A stretch of DNA of 53,703 bases from a virus: UHGV virus genome UHGV-0137934; one strand, written 5' to 3'. The notes beneath the pieces are model-generated. The model ran no database searches, was not told the origin of the DNA, and saw only the letters and a program-made list of their open reading frames with translations. The translations under genes were made by a program, and so were the position numbers. This document shows, piece by piece, positions 10,060 to 20,628 of this stretch. Position 1 is the stretch's first letter; the number at the start of each line of letters is the position of its first letter.

Positions 10060-13000
10060 TTAAGCGACGTCGCCGGGGTATGTGGCGTCGTCGTAGGCGT
10101 AGAAATCATCACGGTACTGACGGGCAGTCACCTGGCATGTACCATCGGATTGAGGCGCAATCTCTTCTATAATCGCGTCGTATGTCCTGCGTGAAGATGT
10201 GCAGAAAATCAGACGCGGCGGTTCGATATACGGATCATTTAATATGATCCCGTCAAACTCTGAGTCATATGGAACAGACAGCTGATAGTCACCAACCGCT
10301 GAGGCCACCAGCAAAGCGGAAGCCGAGCCATCCTGATAACGCAGGATTGCCCGTGGATTTTCAAATGACCAGTCGAGCGGCTCCGTAACCGTGAACGTTG
10401 TGACCCCGTCTGCTGTGTTCATTGCTTCAACAAGACAACTAATCGTTTTATTTCCAGGGATATCATCCGTCAGCAAAATACGATCCCCGTAATTATAACA
10501 AAGCGCGTCAAGCTCGGTCGTCGTTGAATAGTTACGCCGCTGCTTTTGATATTTCATCAGCCTGCGCATGCCTATCTGATAGGCGTGATCTCGGTTAAGA
10601 ACGCCGTCAAGTTCATAGTTTTCAACTTTAAAAGGTGTAGGGTTGCCAGGCATACGGCATTGCACCGTCTCTTCTGCCCACGTTGTACCGTTGATATAAG
10701 TGACATCAACGCCATCATAATCATCATCAGATGGCGGGGTGAAGGCTGTTTGCAGCTCTTCGGTCATTTCATGCGGGCTGATAACCCCGGTCCACGGCTT
10801 AACCCCTTCCCGCCCTACAGACGCCAGTCCATCACTCAGCAGGAAATAGGACCTCCCGGCATTAGCAATCTTCTGAAGCATTTCAAGGGCAGAGATACTG
10901 TCACCAGCAGCGAAATCGAAATACTCACCATTGGGTGTCCATACCGTGGTTTCCAGAAGATCAATGGCCTCAGTATCCATATCAAGTCCAAGCGAACCAC
11001 CAACATGATACAACGCACCTGAAATACTTCTTGCCGCACCTTTGTCATAAATTCGCGTTGCGACAACGTTCACTCGCCGATCAGACTGAGCGGCCAGCTT
11101 CCCGCCGGTTTCCACCGTCACCGCCAGAAGCGTAACGCCAGGATAAGATGCAGGCCGTGAAAGTAACCGCCCTCTCAATGCCTGCCAGTACATAGAATCA
11201 CGAGCATTGTTACTCCCTTGCTCGTTCCGGCGGCGACAACGAACTTCGACAAGGCCGGGAGTGCTGAGATCAAACCGTTCAGTAAATCCCAGGCCATTGA
11301 CGTTTTGCAGAGCATAAACGCCTTCGCGGCTGGCCCATCCGGCACCAGAACCATAAACGCGGTACTGAATTTCCCATTCACAATGGCGGATACGCTTTTT
11401 GCCTTTGTTGTCAAAACCGCAAATCCCGGAAGGAAATGAGAAGTTCACCTCGAAGGCGTCCACAACTTCATTTTCAGGACAAACAAGAAACGGCCCCATC
11501 CAGGTATTATTGTCGTTAATACCCGTAGCCTGATAATCGATCATCGTGCGCGGGGCAAACCCCAACCAAGAAGGATCAACAACACCTTCGACCACACGCT
11601 GAACCGTTGCTGTAGTACCGTCAGCATCAGCAATCCGATATTCGTTACCACGATGAGCCAGAGAAAGCCGCTGTGTCCCCTCCGGAATTCCCGAGAATGC
11701 CGCACCAGTTGCGCGACCATAAGCGAGCGTAACATTAGCCGTGATCGCAGGACTTCCACCACTTGAGGGCGTACCAGCAGTAAATTCCGGTGTGTCACCA
11801 AAAACAGAAACGGGGAGTGCTGATGATGTGATATTTCCGCCCCTCCACGGGCTGGATATTTCAACTATCCGCACAACACCGCCATCATCCTGAGCAACCA
11901 GCCCCGACCCCGTCAGCCCTTCATTAATTGCCGCCAGAAGTCCTGACATATTCAGATAATCAGCTACAAGGGAGACGGTGAAGGAAGTTGCATTCCAGGT
12001 TAAATCAAATGTCTGTCCCGATGTGGAAAAATCATAGGTTGTCGGTGCAGCATTTCCACGTACAGCAGCAGCACCTCCCCCGACACCAGGAACCGCATCC
12101 TGTTTTGGGGTATACGTTGCGATCACCAGGTCATATTCTGCACCGTTAATCTCCAGCGTGACTGGCATTCCGGCGGCTGGATTAATTTCCGCCAGCGTAT
12201 CGCTGGTAAGAACGCTATAACCCGATGAGGTTGAAACCAGATAATTGGTTGGCGCAACGATAGTTACAATAGTTCCCGTCACCCACGATTCTGGCAACGC
12301 ATTCCCTTCATCGTCATCATCGTTATCGTCGTCTAATCCGTTAAATGTCACCGATGCACCGGAAACAGTCATACTGTCAGCGGTGATGTCCGTTGAGTCA
12401 GGAGAGGTTTGAGCCATATCAAGGCCCGTCCCGCTTGACGTACCGCCCACTTCAGTCGAGTTGTACCAGTTTTCACTGCGACGATCTGCCGACACATCAG
12501 AGCCTGGTGGGTAAACATCATGGGAGAACGACTCCCCAAGCGCTGTGGTTGGAGTCTCGCCGACACGAATATCACCATTTGTGAACGCGACATTGCCAAC
12601 ACTCACGCAAAGGAGCATTTCCACACGCATGATCGTCGGGTCGTTCGGGTCAAAGCGAGTGACCGGTTGCACAACATAATCAGGGTATACACGATAGCGC
12701 CCGAATAATTCCCGGATGGGGTCACCCAATTTTGCGGTATTGGCTTTTGCCGGATTTAAATCAAGACCAGTGCCGCTCGATGAAGAGTATCCGCCTTTGT
12801 CCATATTGGACATTGTGATCAAAACATAAACAGCTGAGGCAGCAGCAATCGCCAGCGCCGCCCATGCTGCAACGGCAGCAGCCGTTGCGAAGGGGACCGG
12901 ATAAATTCGAACATCACTTTCAGGTTTGATAAAGCAAAGTGGCCACTCATGAGGAGGAACGTTAATGCCCCCCACTTCAACCGCAATCGGATGTTTTTCC

Positions 13001-13116
13001 TGCTCCCGATACTCTTTTACATTCTTTACCATCCATTCATGAAAGGACATCGCGCCATGTTCGTGGGTTTCCAGCGGCTCACCAGGCAGGCGGGACGGGT
13101 AAAATCTGATGGTCAT
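10060..13116 (-). CDS. large tail tip/hub protein (central fibre or host-specificity-type protein)
   Basis: 1018 aa ORF immediately downstream of NlpC/P60 gene in tail module; hydrophobic Ala-rich segment near N-terminus; Asp-rich stretch. Confidence 0.6.
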   Translation of the reverse strand: MTIRFYPSRLPGEPLETHEHGAMSFHEWMVKNVKEYREQEKHPIAVEVGGINVPPHEWPLCFIKPESDVRIYPVPFATAAAVAAWAALAIAAASAVYVLITMSNMDKGGYSSSSGTGLDLNPAKANTAKLGDPIRELFGRYRVYPDYVVQPVTRFDPNDPTIMRVEMLLCVSVGNVAFTNGDIRVGETPTTALGESFSHDVYPPGSDVSADRRSENWYNSTEVGGTSSGTGLDMAQTSPDSTDITADSMTVSGASVTFNGLDDDNDDDDEGNALPESWVTGTIVTIVAPTNYLVSTSSGYSVLTSDTLAEINPAAGMPVTLEINGAEYDLVIATYTPKQDAVPGVGGGAAAVRGNAAPTTYDFSTSGQTFDLTWNATSFTVSLVADYLNMSGLLAAINEGLTGSGLVAQDDGGVVRIVEISSPWRGGNITSSALPVSVFGDTPEFTAGTPSSGGSPAITANVTLAYGRATGAAFSGIPEGTQRLSLAHRGNEYRIADADGTTATVQRVVEGVVDPSWLGFAPRTMIDYQATGINDNNTWMGPFLVCPENEVVDAFEVNFSFPSGICGFDNKGKKRIRHCEWEIQYRVYGSGAGWASREGVYALQNVNGLGFTERFDLSTPGLVEVRCRRRNEQGSNNARDSMYWQALRGRLLSRPASYPGVTLLAVTVETGGKLAAQSDRRVNVVATRIYDKGAARSISGALYHVGGSLGLDMDTEAIDLLETTVWTPNGEYFDFAAGDSISALEMLQKIANAGRSYFLLSDGLASVGREGVKPWTGVISPHEMTEELQTAFTPPSDDDYDGVDVTYINGTTWAEETVQCRMPGNPTPFKVENYELDGVLNRDHAYQIGMRRLMKYQKQRRNYSTTTELDALCYNYGDRILLTDDIPGNKTISCLVEAMNTADGVTTFTVTEPLDWSFENPRAILRYQDGSASALLVASAVGDYQLSVPYDSEFDGIILNDPYIEPPRLIFCTSSRRTYDAIIEEIAPQSDGTCQVTARQYRDDFYAYDDATYPGDVA

Positions 13117-13517
13117 TGCCAGAACTCCACTTTAACGAACCGCCGTTTGAAACGAGACAGAGGAAGAAATGTCACGTTTGTTTGCGGGTTGCACTCTGCA
13201 ACAAGCAACTGATCGCCAATCCGCACGACAACGGCAACATGTGTGACGGTGGACCCGGAATAGCAAACAGCCCCAGCCCCTTCGCTGGGCTCACAACGGG
13301 TCAGCGATATCATCAATTTTTTGGCCTCACGGTTGAGACCACCATCATCTTTCGTCACTCCTGCAAAATCCGGCCAGGCGGGTAGACCGAGGTCCCGCCG
13401 AACTTCATTGATAAGGCCGAAGCAGTCGAGATTTGGATAATCACGACCACCTTTCAGCCAGACAACGGATTCATATTTTTCCTGTTTGAACATCACGCCT
13501 CCGCAAATCACAGGCAT
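13113..13517 (-). CDS. tail-associated NlpC/P60-family peptidase
   Basis: 134 aa; DCFGL (catalytic Cys context) and downstream His (THVAVV) consistent with NlpC/P60; position as in GTA/HK97-like tail tips. Confidence 0.55.
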   Translation of the reverse strand: MPVICGGVMFKQEKYESVVWLKGGRDYPNLDCFGLINEVRRDLGLPAWPDFAGVTKDDGGLNREAKKLMISLTRCEPSEGAGAVCYSGSTVTHVAVVVRIGDQLLVAECNPQTNVTFLPLSRFKRRFVKVEFWQ

Positions 13518-13564
13518 AAAAAAACCTCGTCAATGCGAGGTAGATTTGTTGGTTCGCTTACCTA

Positions 13565-14047
13565 TTAGTTCGTGTAGCGAAGTCCAGGGAAGAATGGCAA
13601 CTTGTAACGATTACGGGGCCAGGCCGTATCAAGTACATTCAGATACCCTGCCGTAAGCTGTGCCTGAAGAGCCGTCCAGTAGCCGGGCTTCAGCTTCAGC
13701 GTATAGGGAGGGGAAGCGGGTGCAGACAGATCATCAGAAGTGTAATTCCGATAGGTCAATGACGATTCACTCAGGTCGTCCAACGCATCCGTAATGATTG
13801 TTGAGACCTCACCATCAATGTTACCGACCACAAATTTTAAATCTTGTGTCCCATCACTGTTCCTGGCTGGTAGAGCAATTTCAATTCCTCCCGCTATAAA
13901 CGTTACTGTTTGCCCTCCTTCTGTGGTGGCGGTGATATCTTCATATCCATTGCAAATATAATGAATCGTATCTCCGACAGTTATTTGCAGTGTTTCAATA
14001 ATGGCTTCAGAACCGCTGCTGGCATAAAGTTGGTTAATCACCGTCAT
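13565..14047 (-). CDS. tail tip assembly protein (hypothetical)
   Basis: 160 aa ORF between tape measure and peptidase genes. Confidence 0.45.
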   Translation of the reverse strand: MTVINQLYASSGSEAIIETLQITVGDTIHYICNGYEDITATTEGGQTVTFIAGGIEIALPARNSDGTQDLKFVVGNIDGEVSTIITDALDDLSESSLTYRNYTSDDLSAPASPPYTLKLKPGYWTALQAQLTAGYLNVLDTAWPRNRYKLPFFPGLRYTN

Positions 14048-14513
14048 GCTTCGGCCACTCCTTGTTCAGCGCAATATCAAGCAGCGAACTACCCGTAATC
14101 CATTCTGGATAATACCCCCACCCAGCAGGAGGCATAGGACGCTCCCATAACTCAATGGGCGCAACATAGCGCCAGAACAAACCACCTTCTGGCGTCGGCC
14201 CCCTATAGATATCTGTAAATCTGCAGACGTAATTCTTATGTCCGACAGGCGTCAGCAAAGGCATATTAAACCAGGCGCTGCCATCAGAAAGCACATCCCG
14301 GTACCACGCCTCAAAAGCTTGCGCCTGGGCATCATCAAAGAGCCATGCAATATCTGTTTCTGTAGGTACGGATGTATAAGCACGCCTTTGACGTCGCCTG
14401 CCAGTAATAATTGGCGTGCTTTTTAGCGGCGAAACTGGCTTAAGACCAAAACTATCTTTAAGAGGTCCTGGCAAATAGTCCGAGGGGTAATTAATCGGTG
14501 TTGTAATAGCCAT
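14034..14513 (-). CDS. distal tail protein (hypothetical)
   Basis: 159 aa ORF directly downstream of tape measure gene. Confidence 0.45.
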   Translation of the reverse strand: MAITTPINYPSDYLPGPLKDSFGLKPVSPLKSTPIITGRRRQRRAYTSVPTETDIAWLFDDAQAQAFEAWYRDVLSDGSAWFNMPLLTPVGHKNYVCRFTDIYRGPTPEGGLFWRYVAPIELWERPMPPAGWGYYPEWITGSSLLDIALNKEWPKHDGD

Positions 14514-17071
14514 CAGCCAATTTTCCTCCCCGAGTTTGTTTTCCCCATTAATACCTTGTGCAAATCACCCTGCCCGCTGGCTATGGAGTTAACAGCTTTC
14601 CGATATCCGCGCTCAGCCCCCTCATCAGCCGCCTTACGTACCAGCGACAATGTGGCATCTGAAGGATTGCCATTGATAGGAATGGTGATATTTGGGGCAT
14701 AGATAGCGCCACCGCCGGTTGACTGGTTCGCTACCCGATCCAACGTAGCATCCAACTTTGCACTGGTTTTAGCTGTGGTAACTCGTTCACCTTCCTGTAG
14801 GAGCCAGGTTCCTGTTTTTGGTACTGAGTCAATGCCATCATGCGCCATACCTGATATTGAAGCGACGGATATAGCAGCAACCATTGGTTGCGTTACAGCA
14901 GCGGCAGCAGCCATGGCTGCTGGAGCCATTGCAGGCCCAACTATTGGTATTGCGGCGGTTGAAGCAAAAGCGGCAAGTTGACCCTGTAATGCAGTAGCCT
15001 GTGCATTAGCAATCATTGCAGGAATAGCAGAGGCCTGTACTGATTTGTTAACCAGCATTTGGACACCCTGGTACACAATCCATTGAGCAGCCATATCGAC
15101 AAGAGCTTGAATCACAGATTCACCAAGATCTGCAAAAATACCTTTTATAGCTTCTCCCATCGACTCGGTACCATCGATAACATTATATAAATGCTCAGAG
15201 ATGGAATCAGTAGCTGAACCCAGTATCGATGTCATCGCATTAGCTGCTTGCTGGTAGTAATCACTAGAAATGTCAGCAAAGTCAGCTAATGAACTTGAGA
15301 TGCCAGATTGCCAATCACTTTGTAAATCATCTGACTCCTGATAATAACTTTCCTGTATTTGCAAGCGTTCTTTAAGTGCATCCTTTAACGCCTCTTTCTT
15401 TTTATCATATAAACTATTATCAATATCACCAGACTGAAGTTGATTTAAAAGTTCCTCTTGTCTCGATTCGAAATCCTGCTGAATGCCATTTAACTCTCGC
15501 ATTCTGCCACGGTCCTTACTTCCCAAAGAAAGACCCATAATTTCGTTATCATATCCCTGTCGGACAAGCTTGTTTTGCCTTGTTAAACCGGAAATATATT
15601 CTGCAACCTTTGCATTCTCTTGGTTAAGTCGCAGTTCTTCTTTTTTAGAGTCAAGTGTTTTTGCAGCAATACGAAGCTGTTCTTTTTGATCCTCAGATAA
15701 TTTTTTCAGGTTCCCACTGGCAATATCAAAATTTATTTTTTCAAGCTCTGTAACTTCAGCTGTTTTTTTACCAGTAGTTTCAATAAGTGCAGCTTGTTTC
15801 TGTAAGTCTAGTAATCTACTTTTGAATGCGTTATCAGTTGGGTTTTTCTTAGCAGTTTGCTTCTGGTTCGATTCATCTTTACCAAGATTATAATTATCAG
15901 TGGTGTTCGGCTCTATGTCCATGTCAGAAAGCAAGGACTGCATCCCCTTCGCGGCCCTTTGTGATTCTTCTGGGGTGAGTATCGATCCTTTGATTGCTTG
16001 CAAAAAATCACGGCGCTTGTTTAAAAAATCTAACTCTTCTTTTTGTTCCTTACTCTGGTTACCTCTCTTGTTCAGGAATTCAATACGCTGTTCTACGTCG
16101 TTTAGATCGGAAGCATCGTAATTCCCTGATACGGCACCAACGCGAGAGCGTGTATAGGATGCGATAGCTCCCAAACCACCAGCTATTCGGCCAACCACTC
16201 CTGCAAGACTGATTGCCTCACCTACAAGGTCCGAAATACCCTGAAGAACAGCAGGATCAGTAAATACGTCTCGAATATCATCCAGCCCATCCTGCAAAGG
16301 TGACAGATCAATTTTTGCTAGACCTGATGCAATTTCCATCCTCATGCCGCGCGCGCTGGTCTCGATATCCTGAAAGAACTGATTAACTTTAACCAGATTA
16401 TCAATATCTTCCTGGGGAGGTGCGACACCAAAATCTTTTGACAACTGGATAAATTGCTTCAATTTCTCGTTATTGTTATCGAACAACGGCAACATTTTTG
16501 ACAGGTCATTACCCAGACTTTCGAGGATATTGGTTTTCCCGGCCTGAGAGGGGATTTTCTGTAATGCTCCACTGATAGCCATCAGTTGCTTGTCAGGGGA
16601 TTGCTGGGCCAACTTCTGAGCTGAAAGCCCGAGAGTATCCAGTGCCTGAGCAGCCTCACCTGATTTGTTCAGAACCGCATCGCCGACTTTATCGTTAATA
16701 TCTTTAAAAATATCTGCAATATTATCGCCAGTTAAACCGGCTTGTTCAGCTGCGTATTGCCAGGATAATAAATCTTGAGTGGACATTTTTAATGATTTTG
16801 CCCACCTGTCAGCCTCAGTTACCTGCTGAGCGGTGTTTTTTACAATCGCCAGACCAGCAATGCCAATTCCAACGGCAGCAGTAGCTGCTGCTACGCCAAT
16901 AGCAGCCAGGGATGCCCCAACCTCTTTAGCGTCTTTTTTTACCTGATCGCGCCATTTTTGGGACGACCTTTCAGCCTTATCCATCCCCTGAACAAATCCG
17001 CCTACTTTTGCTATCAGGTCAATTGTTAATGTACCAAGGGATTTTCCAGCCATTAAGTTTTCTCCAGGCAT
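14513..17071 (-). CDS. tail tape measure protein
   Basis: 852 aa; long coiled-coil/low-complexity protein with N-terminal hydrophobic Ala/Gly segments; canonical position. Confidence 0.85.
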   Translation of the reverse strand: MPGENLMAGKSLGTLTIDLIAKVGGFVQGMDKAERSSQKWRDQVKKDAKEVGASLAAIGVAAATAAVGIGIAGLAIVKNTAQQVTEADRWAKSLKMSTQDLLSWQYAAEQAGLTGDNIADIFKDINDKVGDAVLNKSGEAAQALDTLGLSAQKLAQQSPDKQLMAISGALQKIPSQAGKTNILESLGNDLSKMLPLFDNNNEKLKQFIQLSKDFGVAPPQEDIDNLVKVNQFFQDIETSARGMRMEIASGLAKIDLSPLQDGLDDIRDVFTDPAVLQGISDLVGEAISLAGVVGRIAGGLGAIASYTRSRVGAVSGNYDASDLNDVEQRIEFLNKRGNQSKEQKEELDFLNKRRDFLQAIKGSILTPEESQRAAKGMQSLLSDMDIEPNTTDNYNLGKDESNQKQTAKKNPTDNAFKSRLLDLQKQAALIETTGKKTAEVTELEKINFDIASGNLKKLSEDQKEQLRIAAKTLDSKKEELRLNQENAKVAEYISGLTRQNKLVRQGYDNEIMGLSLGSKDRGRMRELNGIQQDFESRQEELLNQLQSGDIDNSLYDKKKEALKDALKERLQIQESYYQESDDLQSDWQSGISSSLADFADISSDYYQQAANAMTSILGSATDSISEHLYNVIDGTESMGEAIKGIFADLGESVIQALVDMAAQWIVYQGVQMLVNKSVQASAIPAMIANAQATALQGQLAAFASTAAIPIVGPAMAPAAMAAAAAVTQPMVAAISVASISGMAHDGIDSVPKTGTWLLQEGERVTTAKTSAKLDATLDRVANQSTGGGAIYAPNITIPINGNPSDATLSLVRKAADEGAERGYRKAVNSIASGQGDLHKVLMGKTNSGRKIG

Positions 17072-17115
17072 AAAAAAACCCCGCCGAGGCGAGGTTCATA
17101 ATTTAATTTAAGCGA

Positions 17116-17493
17116 CTATTTTTTAAGTGCCTCGGCATAAGCTTGGGCGGTTTTTTGTGATGATTCCATGACATCATCAGCCAATGTTTGTTGGCCCCAC
17201 TTAGCCACTTTCCCGCTTACAAACGTAACAACTAGTCGATCATTAGCTAATTGTTCGTTATCGATAATAGTGTAGCCGTATAGAGACTTATTCCAATAAA
17301 TCCAGCGTTCGCGCTCTGGGTTAACATCAGTCCTTCTAGGCGATCCCATAATCTGCATAACATCGTTTTTGCTCATCCCAAGAGATAGAAGCATAGATTT
17401 CTGGTTGTAGTCGATTTTCTGGACTGTTGGGGCGCAGCCAGTAATTGTTAAAGCGGATGCGCCAAGTACTAAAGCGAAAATTAACTTTTTCAT
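17116..17493 (-). CDS. lipoprotein, BamE/SmpA-OmlA-like domain (moron inside tail operon)
   Basis: 125 aa; signal peptide with lipobox LTITGC; segment SLGMSKNDVMQIMGSP resembles BamE fold signature. Confidence 0.7.
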   Translation of the reverse strand: MKKLIFALVLGASALTITGCAPTVQKIDYNQKSMLLSLGMSKNDVMQIMGSPRRTDVNPERERWIYWNKSLYGYTIIDNEQLANDRLVVTFVSGKVAKWGQQTLADDVMESSQKTAQAYAEALKK

Positions 17494-17556
17494 ATCCCTA
17501 TCCCAGTAGTTATTAGTTTACTGATGATAGTGATCCTGCACTGCATTTAACAGTTA

Positions 17557-17820
17557 TCAGTGCCAATTTTTCATGGCATCTTGAAGCGACAAAGGGGATT
17601 CATTGATATGGGGCGCAAAGTCACTGACCTTATAAGTAGGCGTGTTCTTCGCCTTATTGATGTTCGCCAGAACAGAAGCGACCATCGAGGCCCCCCACTC
17701 GGTTCGCATCATGTTGTTAAGCTGACCATACTTATTGCGGTACTTTACCCATATCTGAAACTCACGGAGGCTCATTCGCTCCTGAGCCTCCTCGATCGTT
17801 CTCCCGCCAATGCCGTTCAT
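17557..17820 (-). CDS. tail assembly protein (gpT-like region, own ATG)
   Basis: 87 aa ORF immediately after chaperone gene, different frame. Confidence 0.4.
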   Translation of the reverse strand: MNGIGGRTIEEAQERMSLREFQIWVKYRNKYGQLNNMMRTEWGASMVASVLANINKAKNTPTYKVSDFAPHINESPLSLQDAMKNWH

Positions 17821-17822
17821 GA

Positions 17823-18206
17823 CTAACTCACACCAGAACTCGTCTTCTCCTGTGAGTTCGTAGTCTTTCCCAGCTCGTTGACTCCCTGAATTACGGTCAG
17901 CAAGGCAATAACAATCGGGCCATCAAGTGCACCACGGTCTTCAGATGCAGTTCCGAGAATGTCCGCCTCGGTGAAGATTTGCTTGCCTTCCTCATCACAG
18001 ATATGGGCGGCAATACGCCCAGCCACCGGATCTGATTTGCCGTTATACGCCAGCAGTTCAGCTTTAGTGGTGTGGTAGCCCATAGGACGTACAAAGACGG
18101 TTGCAATATGTTCTTGCCCGTCACGACCTTTCCATTTGATTTCTTTCTCTACCGGGCGGCCAGTGAATGCCCCGGTTTCTTTTAACGTATCGAGAGTAAG
18201 CTGCAT
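17823..18206 (-). CDS. tail assembly chaperone (gpG-like)
   Basis: 127 aa acidic protein between tube and tape measure genes. Confidence 0.5.
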   Translation of the reverse strand: MQLTLDTLKETGAFTGRPVEKEIKWKGRDGQEHIATVFVRPMGYHTTKAELLAYNGKSDPVAGRIAAHICDEEGKQIFTEADILGTASEDRGALDGPIVIALLTVIQGVNELGKTTNSQEKTSSGVS

Positions 18207-18249
18207 TTCAACTCCTGAATAGTGAAGCCCGGATTTCCGGGCATAATGG

Positions 18250-18741
18250 TTACGCGGCGGCTTTCGGAACCCATACTGAAGAGCCCGAGCGCTGAATGGT
18301 GGCAGAGGTCGTCACAACCGCATTGCCCTGAAAATCGAATGGAAAATCGGAAACATAGCCCTGGAAAATAAACCAGGTGCGATCAGATGGAAGCACCAGA
18401 CCATCAACAGCATCTTCATCGCCGGAAGCGGCAACGGTCGGAACGCTGGTGCCATCTGACCAGCCAACGGCAAAAGTTAATGACGCCTGGTCATTAGCTT
18501 CTGCAAGGCCATGTAGCATGATGTGGCTGGCGTTCGTCGGGTCAGCATTGAGCCCGACAGTTGCAGCCGCTGGCGTTTTCAGACCTTTTTTGTAGGTTCT
18601 GGAATCCCGTTCACTCAGGCAGGTATCTTCAATCTGATCGGCGGGGTTGCCGCCGGGATTGAAGCTAGTGATACATTCAACCTCGCTGACCACGCCAGAT
18701 TTCAGAACAAAGAACTGTGTGCCTTGCGTTAATACAGACAT
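18250..18741 (-). CDS. major tail (tube) protein
   Basis: About 163 aa from ATG at 18741 with GGAGA RBS; Thr/Ser/Gly-rich beta-type protein in canonical position. Confidence 0.6.
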   Translation of the reverse strand: MSVLTQGTQFFVLKSGVVSEVECITSFNPGGNPADQIEDTCLSERDSRTYKKGLKTPAAATVGLNADPTNASHIMLHGLAEANDQASLTFAVGWSDGTSVPTVAASGDEDAVDGLVLPSDRTWFIFQGYVSDFPFDFQGNAVVTTSATIQRSGSSVWVPKAAA

Positions 18742-18798
18742 TTTTAGTCTCCATAAATAGAAAAACCCGCTCAAAGCGGGTCAGTTTAGGGTTGTTGG

Positions 18799-19164
18799 TT
18801 ACCTGGACGCGATCCAGTCAACATCGAAGGAATAGCGGTATTTCATCGTGGAATCATTACGGCTTTGCTCTCCCCACCGGGTAATATAGGCTTTCCCTTC
18901 GATGGCATCACGCAATGCGTGGGCCACGGCAATTACATCTGCATCGGTATCACCATAAACATCAACCTGAAGAGAGTAGTGATCAGCATCTGGCCGCTGG
19001 TTCAGGTAATTTTCAGGAGAGCCGCCAATGTTTTGCCAGACCGCGTAGGGGTAAACGATATTGTCATCCTGTATCCCGAAGGGATAGAGCCTGACGGGGT
19101 TGGTACCCAATAAATCCTTTACAGCCTGGCTTGCCGCGCAGACAGAGAATATTGGAGCTATCAT
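18799..19164 (-). CDS. tail completion/terminator-type protein (hypothetical)
   Basis: 121 aa ORF between HK97 gp10-like and tube genes. Confidence 0.45.
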   Translation of the reverse strand: MIAPIFSVCAASQAVKDLLGTNPVRLYPFGIQDDNIVYPYAVWQNIGGSPENYLNQRPDADHYSLQVDVYGDTDADVIAVAHALRDAIEGKAYITRWGEQSRNDSTMKYRYSFDVDWIASR

Positions 19165-19703
19165 ACGGACGTTCCTTTTTTGGCTGCGCTACGGACGGCA
19201 CGATCGATAGCCTTTTCCAGTTCCACAGCGAAAATATTAATTACGTCAGTATCCACGCCATTCATTGCCGGGCGTAGTATTGGCCTCGCAGCCATATGCT
19301 CGGTCCCGAATTCCAGAAATCGCCAGTACCAGGTATCACCACCGGGATTGCCTTTATCTCCGGCTGTATTATAACTTTTACCCGCCCTGCCTTTTCGCAC
19401 ATTGGCCTTTGTATTGGCATATTGCCTTGCTCCGCCCATTACCCCTACACGAAAGGTTGGGTCGCCCGTTCTGCGAAAGGCTTTGCTGCTGAAACTGACG
19501 ACAATATTTTTATAGATGGCTTCTTTAGTAAGAAAGTCATCAACACGAGCGGCATTACTGCGGGCCCTGTCCCGGATGACGTTTGCTGCTTTACGCAGCG
19601 CTGCACGCCCGGTTTTATTGCGGGTCACCTGTGAGACAGCATCCATCTTGCCCAGCACCGACTCAAGCCCGGTAAGGTTAACCTCTACACCATCAGCCAT
19701 CAT
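19161..19703 (-). CDS. HK97 gp10-family head-tail joining protein
   Basis: 180 aa; position and general similarity to gp10 family as remembered. Confidence 0.55.
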   Translation of the reverse strand: MMADGVEVNLTGLESVLGKMDAVSQVTRNKTGRAALRKAANVIRDRARSNAARVDDFLTKEAIYKNIVVSFSSKAFRRTGDPTFRVGVMGGARQYANTKANVRKGRAGKSYNTAGDKGNPGGDTWYWRFLEFGTEHMAARPILRPAMNGVDTDVINIFAVELEKAIDRAVRSAAKKGTSV

Positions 19704-20025
19704 TCACCCCTTCTGAGCAGGGCAGCGTCAGATACTCCCTGCCGCTGCGCGGGTCTGGTAAAACGCCTTCAATGTTGTAAATGCCATCGCGATACAGAAT
19801 CCTGTGCTTTCTGGTGACGCCCGCCCGGTAGCGAATCGTTATACGCGTTGTTATCTCGCCCTGTGATGCCTGGGCCGCGATAAACTCCCGCGCAGATAAG
19901 GGGGAGATTTCGGCCCAGATGGTTGCGACATCGCGCCAGGTATTGATTACGGCGCCCGTTGTCGGGCTCTGCTCTTTTACCGGCTCCTGCAGGATAACCC
20001 TGTGACGCAATTTCCCGGCCTGCAT
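19693..20025 (-). CDS. head closure/head-tail adaptor protein
   Basis: About 110 aa from ATG at 20025 (ORF track extends to 20085); canonical position. Confidence 0.55.
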   Translation of the reverse strand: MQAGKLRHRVILQEPVKEQSPTTGAVINTWRDVATIWAEISPLSAREFIAAQASQGEITTRITIRYRAGVTRKHRILYRDGIYNIEGVLPDPRSGREYLTLPCSEGVNDG

Positions 20026-20026
20026 A

Positions 20027-20230
20027 TCACCCCCTGGGTTTTCCGCTGAGATAGGTTTTCGGCTCTGCCTGCACATCCTCTTCACCGGCCAGAGACTGAA
20101 TGATCACATCACACAGAGCCATGTTTGATTCAGCCAGGCGGTTTATCGCTTCCGTCTGCTCTCTCTGTGCTGCTGTTTGTTCGCTCAGCGCTGCTATCAG
20201 CGCGTTTACCTGTTGCTCGTTCATAGGCAA
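20027..20230 (-). CDS. hypothetical small protein
   Basis: 67 aa ORF in gap between connector and adaptor genes; stop abuts next ATG. Confidence 0.4.
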   Translation of the reverse strand: MPMNEQQVNALIAALSEQTAAQREQTEAINRLAESNMALCDVIIQSLAGEEDVQAEPKTYLSGKPRG

Positions 20231-20289
20231 TTTTCGTCCACTTTTTTAACCATTCACGCCGACGGCGGCACCCTTCGCAGGCCATATTT

Positions 20290-20628
20290 TTATACCCCCA
20301 TATCGATGCGATAGGGATTAAGCAACCAACGCGCAGGGCCAGGGATATCATGACCCAGGTCATCCCCACGGTTTTCATATAGCCAGCCCAGTATAAGAAG
20401 AACCGCACTCTGAATAGAGGGCGTGATAATAATTGGGCGATCGCCGGCGCCTTCATTTTCAATTGCGTTATCCAGCGCGGCCTGGTCAGCAAAAAAGCGT
20501 CGGTTAAGAAACTGCATAGCAGCATCCTCCGCAGCGGCAAGATACCCCTCCACCATCGTTTTATCGATTTCATCATCCAGCCTGAGATGTTCCATGGCTG
20601 TTTCAGTGTTGATTACCGTCATAACCAT
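20290..20628 (-). CDS. gp6-like head-tail connector protein
   Basis: 112 aa; position downstream of capsid gene; family resemblance. Confidence 0.6.
   Translation of the reverse strand: MVMTVINTETAMEHLRLDDEIDKTMVEGYLAAAEDAAMQFLNRRFFADQAALDNAIENEGAGDRPIIITPSIQSAVLLILGWLYENRGDDLGHDIPGPARWLLNPYRIDMGV

Noticed and set aside
20130-20576. 148 aa minus-strand ORF overlapping the gp6-like connector gene
   Set aside because: Alternative frame of a recognised structural gene; no independent support.
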